Positions 6,589 to 13,723 of a DNA stretch of 25,978 nt are shown here, one piece after another. A program made the position numbers and the translations under genes. The DNA lies in IMG/VR virus record IMGVR_UViG_3300044518_000038, positions 1 to 25,978 of that record; one strand, 5' to 3'. The notes beneath the pieces are model-generated. The model saw only the letters and a list, made by a program, of their open reading frames with translations. It was not told the origin of the DNA and ran no database searches. Position 1 is the first letter of the stretch. Each line of letters opens with the position of its first letter. The DNA is from a virus (taxonomy: Duplodnaviria; Caudoviricetes).

Positions 6589-7052
6589 CGGCCCTCACCT
6601 GCCTCGGTCTTGAACCCACCGCGGGCGACGGCTCGGCGGACAGCGGCGGCGTGGTGCTCCCAGTAGTCGCGGTCGTCGCCGCTGAGCTGCTCCCAGCCGG
6701 GGCCGCGCGGGTCGAACCGCTGGGCCAGCCAGGCGGGAAGTGTGTCGTCGGCGACGACGTGCGCCTCCCCCGCGGCGGGCATCGGGCTGGCGTCGTGTCC
6801 GTCGGTGGGGTGCGTGTCGTGCGCCCACCAGCCGCCGGTCGGGCAGTCGATCCACCCGACGGGGGTCTCGCAGAGGGCGCAGACCATGGCGGCCTGGGCG
6901 CGGAGGCGGCGGATCTCAGCGACGAGCACAGGCACGTCGGTGTCGGTGAGCTGGCCGAAGTCGGGATGCGCGTTGGGATCGATGGTGGCAGTGCGCTCGT
7001 ACAGCCGGGCGGCGCGAGCTTCGATCGCGTCGAGGTCGAGCTGGTCGGTCAT
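6585..7052 (-). CDS. Ead/Ea22-like mosaic protein (155 aa)
   Basis: LDLDAIEARA...DVPVLVAEIRRLR; CALC..WIDCPTGGWWAH; RBS AAGGAG. Confidence 0.8.
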   Translation of the reverse strand: MTDQLDLDAIEARAARLYERTATIDPNAHPDFGQLTDTDVPVLVAEIRRLRAQAAMVCALCETPVGWIDCPTGGWWAHDTHPTDGHDASPMPAAGEAHVVADDTLPAWLAQRFDPRGPGWEQLSGDDRDYWEHHAAAVRRAVARGGFKTEAGEGR

Positions 7053-7080
7053 CTGGTGCTCCTTGGGTGTCGGTTCGGGT

Positions 7081-7353
7081 TCAGACGGTGGGGCGGGCGT
7101 GCTCGTCGCAGCGCCAGCGGGCCTGGTATCGCGACCGGTACTCGGCGCCGGTGACCGGCACGACGGTCAGTCGGGCGTTGGCGGCACGACCCCGGTCGAT
7201 CGGGGTCGGGTTGAAGTGATCGTTTGCCTGCTCGGCGGTGGCGAGCGTCCGGCCGTCGACCACAGCGGCGACCGCGGCGACGATGCAGCCGCACGGGCGG
7301 CGCTGAAGCCACATCGTGTCGTCGAGCTGATCGCCGGTGAGCGGGGTGTTCAC
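7081..7353 (-). CDS. Hypothetical protein (90 aa), probable paralog of 20365-20640
   Basis: RBS GGAGGA, GTG 7353; W....PCGC...AEQA...DR.R...C..H. Confidence 0.75.
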   Translation of the reverse strand: MNTPLTGDQLDDTMWLQRRPCGCIVAAVAAVVDGRTLATAEQANDHFNPTPIDRGRAANARLTVVPVTGAEYRSRYQARWRCDEHARPTV

Positions 7354-7400
7354 GGGTGTCCTCCGGTGGGTTGGGCGGTGGATGCGGGGCAGGCGGTGGG

Positions 7401-7772
7401 CTACTCGCTCCAGCCGATGAGGCGGAACTCGACGCCCTCGGCTTCGATCTCCTGCTTGGAGCTGCACTGCTCGGAAGCCCAGACGAGGCGGAGGATCGCG
7501 TCGCCGTGGGACGAAGGGCTGGTCTGGTACTCGCCCCAGATCTGGCCGTAGCTGTCGAGGAGGATCGCGTCGTGCTTGTCGGTGGGGCGTTCGGCGAGCG
7601 GCATGAGCCCGGCCTCGACGGCGGCACGCAGCCACTTGGCTGCCTCGCGGACGGACTGTTCACGCTGCTCGTCGGTGAGGTCGTCCCAAGCGGGCAGGTA
7701 GCTGATGCCCTCGTGGGCGATGCGCTGCCGGTGCTCGGCAAGGTGGCGGGCGCGCGGGTCGGTGGTGCTCAT
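7401..7772 (-). CDS. Hypothetical protein (123 aa)
   Basis: RBS AAGGAG; protein-like composition. Confidence 0.85.
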   Translation of the reverse strand: MSTTDPRARHLAEHRQRIAHEGISYLPAWDDLTDEQREQSVREAAKWLRAAVEAGLMPLAERPTDKHDAILLDSYGQIWGEYQTSPSSHGDAILRLVWASEQCSSKQEIEAEGVEFRLIGWSE

Positions 7773-7811
7773 GGGTTGCTCCTTAGGTGGTGTGGTGGCG
7801 GGCGGGATGGC

Positions 7812-8210
7812 TCAGGCGACGGGACGGCCCGGGTCGACCTCGGGGTGTGTGAACTCGACCGGCTTGCCGAGGCTTCGGGCGTAGGCGATCTCGGCGCGGG
7901 TCGACTCCCCCACGTAGTTGCCGACGATCAACACCTCGTCGGCCAGGCGGATCTTCGCCCGGTGCAAGGCGTCCAGACGGGCTTTGCCGGCCTCGGCCGC
8001 CGCGGGGTCCGCCCACAGCGGATGCGGAGACTTCATGTCGCAGCCCGGCCGGACCACGACGAACCCCTCCCACGTCAGCCGGCAGTCCGCGTCGGCCATC
8101 TCCTGCATGAAGCGGGTGGAGCCGCAGATCACGACGATCCGCGGGATAGCGAGTCGCTCCTTGGCGTCGGTGAGCTTCTCCTCGGGGGTGAGCAACTGCG
8201 GGTACGACAT
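7812..8210 (-). CDS. Nucleoside 2-deoxyribosyltransferase-like (DUF4406-type) protein (132 aa)
   Basis: IVVICGSTRF...LHRAKIRLADEVLIV..YVGESTRAEIAYARSLGKPV; catalytic-position Glu retained. Confidence 0.75.
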   Translation of the reverse strand: MSYPQLLTPEEKLTDAKERLAIPRIVVICGSTRFMQEMADADCRLTWEGFVVVRPGCDMKSPHPLWADPAAAEAGKARLDALHRAKIRLADEVLIVGNYVGESTRAEIAYARSLGKPVEFTHPEVDPGRPVA

Positions 8211-8286
8211 CTGGTTTCCCTTCGAGTTGGGGTGGTGAGGTTGGGCTGCCGGCCGGTCGCGGCTCGTGTCGTGCCGCGGCAGGTGA

Positions 8287-9768
8287 TCAGGCGATGTCGC
8301 CGAACAGGGACGGCGTGATCGGCTTCGCGAGACGTATCCGGCACAGCTCGGCGTAGGGCTCGTGCCGCTCAATGCCGATCACCGGGAAGCCCTCATGCAC
8401 GCAGGCTTCGAGCGTGGTGCCGGAGCCGGCGAACGGTTCGAGGACCGTTCCGCCGGGCGGCGTGACGAGCCGGACCAGCCAGCGCATCAGCGCGAGCGGC
8501 TTCACCGTCGTGTGCGCGGTACCGTCCGCCAACCGAGGCCGCTCCGAAGCCGGAGCCTTAGCCTCGTAGCGGAAGACGGGGAAGAACCGGGCCTCCGCAC
8601 CGATCTCCCTCACAGGGCAGCCAGCACTGCAGACGGCCGCGCAGTCGGAGCCGTGGCCGAGGAGGACATTCGTGGGCCAGCGGCCAGCCGCGTGCGCCGA
8701 GTCCTCGCGGACGCCGGTCCACTCGCCAAGCGTGTCGCCGTTACGAGGGCTGGCGATGCCGACGACGGATGCGCACTTCTCGCGGTAGTCCTGCCCGGCC
8801 TCCGTGCGGCAGCCGTCGATGTTCAGCGCCCCGGTGCCGTACTCCAGGACGTTGGCGACGGTCGTGTTGAAGCCGGTCGACTTACGGGCCAGGACGATCG
8901 GCTCGTGCGCCGGGCGAAGCTGGGTGTTCCAGCCCTGCCACTGCCTTGCCGGGTCCGTGGCCGGGGCAGTGAGGTCGTAGGTGCCGTCACTGAGGCCAGC
9001 GATCTGCACGTCGGACTCTCGGCGGACCCGATGGCCTTGGCCGATCACCTCCCGATGCGTCCACGCTTCGCCCAGGTCGCCCTTTCGGCCGTTCAGCTCC
9101 TCGACTAGGGGCCGGATCTCCGTGTCGTCGAAGTCGAGCAGTTCGCGTAGCTGCGCCCACTGCTCCAGCGTTGGGACCGAGGCGGCCTTGCTGGCGACCG
9201 CCGTCCAGTGGCTCGCCATGCCGTTGAAGCCAAACGCCTCGTCGATCCGCTTCGTCGTCCACCCGGCCGCATCCCGGGCAGCGGCAAGCCACGCGGTCAC
9301 CTGCAGCACGCGCTCACGGTCATCGCGCCGCCGGTCGATGGACTTCCCGATGTTCTGTCCCTTCGGCATGCCGCTGCCGTAGATCCAGTGCAGGCTGTCG
9401 CGGATCTCGAAGCCAGCAAGCCGGATCGACAAGGTCATCAGGTCGACGGTGCGAGCCCCGGCGAAAGCGAGGAGGTGCCCTCCCGGCTTGAGGACGCGCA
9501 GGCACTCGTCCCACACCGCCGGGGGCGGAACGAACCGGTCCCACTCGCGGCCCATGAAGCCCTTGCCGTCGGGAACGTGGGACCGGTCTCCGGTGAGCCA
9601 TGCGGTGATGGCAGCGGCTATGACGGCCGGGTGGTGATCCGCGAGCCCATATGGCGGGTCGCACACGACTGCGTCGACGGACGCATCGGGGATCGTGGGC
9701 AGGACGTCGAGGCAGTCGCCGAGGTGCAGGGTGACGTCCTCGGCGGCGTAGTACGGCGGCGGGCTCAT
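8287..9768 (-). CDS. DNA N4-cytosine/N6-adenine methyltransferase, beta class (493 aa)
   Basis: GDCLDVL, DPPY, RVLKPGG, HTTVKP, EPFAGSGTT in beta order. Confidence 0.95.
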   Translation of the reverse strand: MSPPPYYAAEDVTLHLGDCLDVLPTIPDASVDAVVCDPPYGLADHHPAVIAAAITAWLTGDRSHVPDGKGFMGREWDRFVPPPAVWDECLRVLKPGGHLLAFAGARTVDLMTLSIRLAGFEIRDSLHWIYGSGMPKGQNIGKSIDRRRDDRERVLQVTAWLAAARDAAGWTTKRIDEAFGFNGMASHWTAVASKAASVPTLEQWAQLRELLDFDDTEIRPLVEELNGRKGDLGEAWTHREVIGQGHRVRRESDVQIAGLSDGTYDLTAPATDPARQWQGWNTQLRPAHEPIVLARKSTGFNTTVANVLEYGTGALNIDGCRTEAGQDYREKCASVVGIASPRNGDTLGEWTGVREDSAHAAGRWPTNVLLGHGSDCAAVCSAGCPVREIGAEARFFPVFRYEAKAPASERPRLADGTAHTTVKPLALMRWLVRLVTPPGGTVLEPFAGSGTTLEACVHEGFPVIGIERHEPYAELCRIRLAKPITPSLFGDIA

Positions 9769-9975
9769 TTACAGGCTCCAGAGGGTGGCTTGGTGGTGGA
9801 CGAGCGGGATCTCGGTCTGGCCCGGCATCGGCGGCACCGGTCCGCCAACAGCGGCGGCCGGGGTGTTGCGGGCCGCGGTCCGCGGGCGGAGGCGGCGTTC
9901 GCACACCGGGCCCAGGCCGGTCGGGGACGGGCGGCGCAGGCGACGGCCGCACGCGGTGCAACGGTTGGTGGGCAT
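9769..9975 (-). CDS. DUF6011-like Zn-finger protein (68 aa)
   Basis: CTACGRRL..PS..GLGPVC; TGATG coupling. Confidence 0.8.
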   Translation of the reverse strand: MPTNRCTACGRRLRRPSPTGLGPVCERRLRPRTAARNTPAAAVGGPVPPMPGQTEIPLVHHQATLWSL

Positions 9976-10250
9976 CAGGCGGCCTCCGGTGCTTGGACGA
10001 CGGCCGGGGCCACGACTACGGGCTGCTTGCACTTGGCGCAGCTGCACTGATCGGGCGGCGGGGTCGGGCCGGTAGCGGCAGTACCGAGGGGCCACCCGCC
10101 GACGTGGGTGATCCGGTAGGCGGGATCCGGAACCGCGGCGAGCGGGGCCGGCTTCGACTTCGGGGCGCGGCCGGTGAGGGAGAGGAGGTAGTCCTTGAGG
10201 TCGCCCTGCTCCCGGAGAGCGGCGATGTCTGCGGCGTCGATGTTCATCAC
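9975..10250 (-). CDS. Hypothetical protein (91 aa)
   Basis: GTGA overlap with the helicase stop; DIAALREQGDL, GGWP.G, CSCAKC. Confidence 0.8.
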   Translation of the reverse strand: MMNIDAADIAALREQGDLKDYLLSLTGRAPKSKPAPLAAVPDPAYRITHVGGWPLGTAATGPTPPPDQCSCAKCKQPVVVAPAVVQAPEAA

Positions 10251-11629
10251 GTCGCCGCCATGTCACAAAAACGGGCATAATGCCCTTGGAACGCGGCCGT
10301 GATCGTCGCCGTGGGCCCGTTGCGATGCTTGCCGACGATCAGATCGGCTTCGCCGGCCCGCGGGGACTCCTTGTCGTAGGCGTCTTCCCGGTGCAGGAGG
10401 ATCACGATGTCGGCGTCCTGCTCGATCGCACCGGACTCGCGGAGGTCGGACACCTGGGGCTTCTTCTCGGTTCGCTGTTCGGGCCCGCGGTTGAGCTGGC
10501 ACAGGACGACAACGGCGATCCCGAAGTCCTTGGCGAGGAGCTTGAGTCCGCGGGAGAGGTCGGCGACTGCCTGCTGACGGTTGTCGGCGCGCCCGACCTG
10601 CATCAGCTGCAAGTAGTCGACGATGACGAGCCGCAGCCCCTTGGTGCGAACCAAGTTGCGGACTCGGGCACGCAGCGAGGCCAGGGACAGCAGGGCTCCG
10701 TCGTTGATGAACAGTGGGGCGTCCCGGATGACGTCCTGAACGCGGCGGACAGCCCGCGCCATGTCGACGTCGTTGACGATGCCTTGCCGCAGATGGTGCA
10801 GGGGGATGCGGGCTTCAGCGCACAGGATCCGGTCGGACAGGTCCCCTCGGCTCATCTCCAGCGACTCGATGAGCGTGGGGATTTTGGCGCGGATGGCGGC
10901 GCCGCGGCCGAAGTCCTGGGCGAGCGTGGACTTACCCATGGCGGGCCGCGCCCCGATGACGATCATCTGGCCTGCAGTAAGGCCGCCAGAGAACAGGCTG
11001 TCGAGGTCGGTGAAGCCGGTGGGAATGCGGTCTTCGTTGGTGGGCGGTGTAACGGCGCGGACGAGGCTGTCACCGACGAGGTCGCCGATGGCTGCAAGGT
11101 CTTCCTCGTCGGTGGGACGGACAGCACCGTCAAGGTCGGCCTGAATGGCGGCAACGTCGATGTCCTCGTCGAAGGCCGGCGAGCTGCCTTTCAGGATGGC
11201 GTCGTAGCCGAGGGCGACGACCCGGGCGGCGACGGCCTTCTTGGTGACGCGCTTGGCGTACCAGGCTGCGGCCCCGTAGTGGGCGTGGTTGCACAGCTCC
11301 ATGAGGTGGCCGGCTTCGGGGACACGCGTCGGCATGCGGCCGTCGGCGTGCCAGGCTTCGAGCTGCCGGTGGACGGCGAGGTGCTTGAGTTCGCCGTCAC
11401 GGAACTCGGTGCGGAGTTCCTCGACCGCGAACCAGGTCCAGCGGAGCCAGTCGGTGGTGATGTCGGCGGGGTCGAAGCCCTCGGCGCCGAGTTCGTCGAT
11501 GACGGCGGGCTGCATGACCGCGGTTGCGACGAGGGTGTGCTCGGCTTCGACGTCACGCGGACGCTCGGGCGGGCGCGGGCTGGAGTCGACGGCCTCGTCG
11601 GGCGCCCACATCTCGGTGTCGGTGGTCAC
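10247..11629 (-). CDS. dnaB: Replicative DNA helicase, DnaB family (460 aa)
   Basis: GARPAMGKS, SLEMS, IVDYLQLM, QLNR, LRESGAIEQDAD, KHRNGP; GTG 11629 overlaps the loader stop. Confidence 0.97.
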   Translation of the reverse strand: MTTDTEMWAPDEAVDSSPRPPERPRDVEAEHTLVATAVMQPAVIDELGAEGFDPADITTDWLRWTWFAVEELRTEFRDGELKHLAVHRQLEAWHADGRMPTRVPEAGHLMELCNHAHYGAAAWYAKRVTKKAVAARVVALGYDAILKGSSPAFDEDIDVAAIQADLDGAVRPTDEEDLAAIGDLVGDSLVRAVTPPTNEDRIPTGFTDLDSLFSGGLTAGQMIVIGARPAMGKSTLAQDFGRGAAIRAKIPTLIESLEMSRGDLSDRILCAEARIPLHHLRQGIVNDVDMARAVRRVQDVIRDAPLFINDGALLSLASLRARVRNLVRTKGLRLVIVDYLQLMQVGRADNRQQAVADLSRGLKLLAKDFGIAVVVLCQLNRGPEQRTEKKPQVSDLRESGAIEQDADIVILLHREDAYDKESPRAGEADLIVGKHRNGPTATITAAFQGHYARFCDMAAT

Positions 11630-12336
11630 GCGGCGTTCCTCCGGCGGTCGTTGCCCTTCATCGCGACGCGCTGGCACATTTCGCGGAGCCGGCTGGTGAC
11701 CCGGCCGCCGAGCCGGTCGCGCAGTTGGTCCGCGCTGGCGTTGGAGGTGATCAGGGTCGGCATGTGCCGCTCGTACCGGTGGTTGATCAGCCGGAAGTTG
11801 ACCTCCTCCGTGAACTCGGTCGGCTTCCGCTCCGCGCCCAGGTCGTCGACGAGCAGCAGCGGGGCGTCGCGGTAGTGGCGGAACTCGGCTTCCGAGTCGA
11901 TGCCGTGCCGCGGCCGGAGGGCGGCGTACAGGTCGGCTGCGGTCGTTGCCTCCCACTGGGCGCGCACCCCGGCCACGGCCAGCTGCCGCATCGCCCCGAA
12001 GGCCTCGTAGGTCTTGCCGACGCCGACGGGACCGAGCAGCAGCAGCGACGGGCCGTTGATGACGGTGGCCATCGGCGCGTCCCGCTCCGCCTGCACGGCC
12101 TTGGCGTCGGCGACAAGGGTGTCGATCCAGGCGTGCAGCTCGGGCAGCGAGGCGATGGCGTTCCGGTAGTGGAACGGCACCAGTTCGGCGACCCGGCTGT
12201 ACGTGTAGCGGGCGACGTTCGCCGGGCTGTGCGGGTCGAAATCGTTCAGGCCGATCCACTCGGCATCCAGGCCACGGGCGGCGAGCAGCGGGGCAAGGTC
12301 GTGGCCTCGCAGGTTGCTGGGAGGGATGTACTGCAT
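11626..12336 (-). CDS. DnaC/IstB-like AAA+ helicase loader (236 aa)
   Basis: GPVGVGKT, LLLVDDLGAE, ITSN, RVTSRLREM; lies between initiator and helicase. Confidence 0.93.
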   Translation of the reverse strand: MQYIPPSNLRGHDLAPLLAARGLDAEWIGLNDFDPHSPANVARYTYSRVAELVPFHYRNAIASLPELHAWIDTLVADAKAVQAERDAPMATVINGPSLLLLGPVGVGKTYEAFGAMRQLAVAGVRAQWEATTAADLYAALRPRHGIDSEAEFRHYRDAPLLLVDDLGAERKPTEFTEEVNFRLINHRYERHMPTLITSNASADQLRDRLGGRVTSRLREMCQRVAMKGNDRRRNAA

Positions 12337-13247
12337 CAGAGATCCTCGTCGTAGACGGACTGGTCGATGGGGTCGCTGTAGGGCTGGAAGCCGCCGGACA
12401 CGGCGCGGAGCTGGGGGCGACCGTTGGCGTCTGGCTCGGGCGCGTACTTGTCTTCGTAGCGGCGCTGCTTCAGCCAGTTGACGGAGTACTTGATGAACTT
12501 GAGGTCTTCGCCGGCCTTCTCTTTGGCGTAGGCGATGGCGGCCTCGGTGATCTTCTTCGGGTCAACGCCACTGCGGACGGCGGCCACCCAGGCTTCCCGG
12601 GTCGCGTCCATGTCGCGGCTCTTGGGGTAGAGCGCCCAGAAGTTGCCGAACTCGATCTTGTCGGCGGCTGTGATCTCGCGGATGGGAGTGACGGCAGCGG
12701 CAGAAGAAGTCTTCTCCCCCGTGTTCGTCTCACCGTTTTCTTCTTTAGACGTGCCACACGGTGGTACGTCGGAAAGCGGTACGTCGGTGCGACCTGCAGG
12801 AACATCCGTTTCCGCAGGTGAGTCCGATGTGCCACCTGCTGGTACGTCGGTTGCGTTCTCCGACGTACCGCCTTGTGGTACGTCGGTCTGAGCAGGGATG
12901 TTGCTTGTTTCCGCAGGTCGCACCGACGTACCAGCCTGTGGCACGTCGGTGAGCATGAGGATCGTGGCGTGCCGACCGCCTGGAAGCGGCTCCCGTCCGG
13001 CCGTCAGGTAGCCGTACTCCTTGAGTTCGGCGAAGGCTGCACGGAACACGCGGCGGCCGGGGCTGGCCTTGCCGTGCTTGGCGACCGACGCCTGCCACAT
13101 GCCGTCGGCGGTCACCTCCCAGCCATCGGGGCGGCTGAGGAGTTCGACGAGGATGCCGCGCGCCATATGGCTGAGGCGGTCGTCGCGCACGGTGGCGTTG
13201 GGGACTTGCAGGAAGTCCCTCGTCAGCCGGGAGTGCCGGATCCTCAC
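12336..13247 (-). CDS. Phage replication initiator (303 aa)
   Basis: N-terminal wHTH (FLQVPN..RDDRLS..ARG..LSRPDGW..EL..YGYL), TDVP..GTS linker repeats, C-terminal FW.LYP...WL..RRYED; RBS AAGGAAG. Confidence 0.9.
   Translation of the reverse strand: MRIRHSRLTRDFLQVPNATVRDDRLSHMARGILVELLSRPDGWEVTADGMWQASVAKHGKASPGRRVFRAAFAELKEYGYLTAGREPLPGGRHATILMLTDVPQAGTSVRPAETSNIPAQTDVPQGGTSENATDVPAGGTSDSPAETDVPAGRTDVPLSDVPPCGTSKEENGETNTGEKTSSAAAVTPIREITAADKIEFGNFWALYPKSRDMDATREAWVAAVRSGVDPKKITEAAIAYAKEKAGEDLKFIKYSVNWLKQRRYEDKYAPEPDANGRPQLRAVSGGFQPYSDPIDQSVYDEDL
12746..12949. repeat. Iteron array, putative phage origin
   Basis: Four units of consensus CCGACGTACC-N7-GGTACGTCGG starting at 12746, 12824, 12860 and 12923; half site 12778; GTTTCCGCAGGT at 12808 and 12907. 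Confidence 0.85.
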
Positions 13248-13354
13248 GTGCTTCCTTCTTCCGGGAGGGGTGTCTCTAGGGGTTGATCAACTGCGTTTGG
13301 ACAGCCCTCATGGAGGCTTCAAATGGGCGCCGCTGACGCCCTTGATGCGCTTTG

Positions 13355-13383
13355 ATTCTATCGCAGGGTGACCGGTCACCGAA
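13355..13383 (-). promoter_or_regulatory. Promoter of the replication operon with palindromic operator
   Basis: TTCGGT-17-TAGAAT on the minus strand; perfect palindrome GGTGACCGGTCACC 13367-13380 overlaps the spacer and -35. Confidence 0.65.
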
Positions 13384-13402
13384 TAGCCAATCGACAGCCA
13401 AG

Positions 13403-13445
13403 GTGACCAGCCAGGGTGCCCAGTCAGTGCCCGGTCAGCTACGCT
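13403..13445 (+). promoter_or_regulatory. Leaderless promoter of the RHH gene with three operator-like repeats
   Basis: GTGCCC-18-TACGCT, ATG 6 nt later; GTGMCCRGYCA at 13403, 13416 and 13427. Confidence 0.6.
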
Positions 13446-13451
13446 GGCTGC

Positions 13452-13631
13452 ATGACGACGAAGGGACTGCCCGGCCGTGTGATCCGCATCGACGACGAGA
13501 CCTGGGCGGACTACGAGAAGGCGTGCGCGGAGAAGGGTGTCGCGCGGGCCACGGACATCCGCATGTACGTCATGCGCGAGGTCGCAGCCTGGCGCCGCCG
13601 GCACAAGGCCGAAGCACCCCAGTCGTCCTGA
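13452..13631 (+). CDS. Ribbon-helix-helix (CopG/Arc-like) protein (59 aa)
   Basis: GRVIRIDDETWADYEKACAEKGVARATDIRMYV beta-alpha-alpha pattern; own promoter and terminator. Confidence 0.85.
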   Translation: MTTKGLPGRVIRIDDETWADYEKACAEKGVARATDIRMYVMREVAAWRRRHKAEAPQSS

Positions 13632-13654
13632 TCGCATCCCTCCTCCTCTCCCCT

Positions 13655-13679
13655 GGCCCCGCCTCCGCGGGGCCTTTGT
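13655..13679 (+). terminator. Intrinsic terminator of the RHH gene
   Basis: GGCCCCGC-ctcc-GCGGGGCC-TTTGT. Confidence 0.8.
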
Positions 13680-13723
13680 CGTGTGTGGTCAGGTGTGGTT
13701 GCGTGGCCGGCACGGCATGGCGG

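Noticed and set aside
10247-12259. 670-aa DnaB with a long N-terminal extension
   Set aside because: The extension overlaps the loader gene in another frame; GTGA coupling puts the start at 11629. No intein seen.
12746-12949. Possible mini CRISPR array
   Set aside because: Gaps between units are irregular (51, 9, 36 nt), repeats are in frame in the initiator, and no cas genes are present; iterons fit better.
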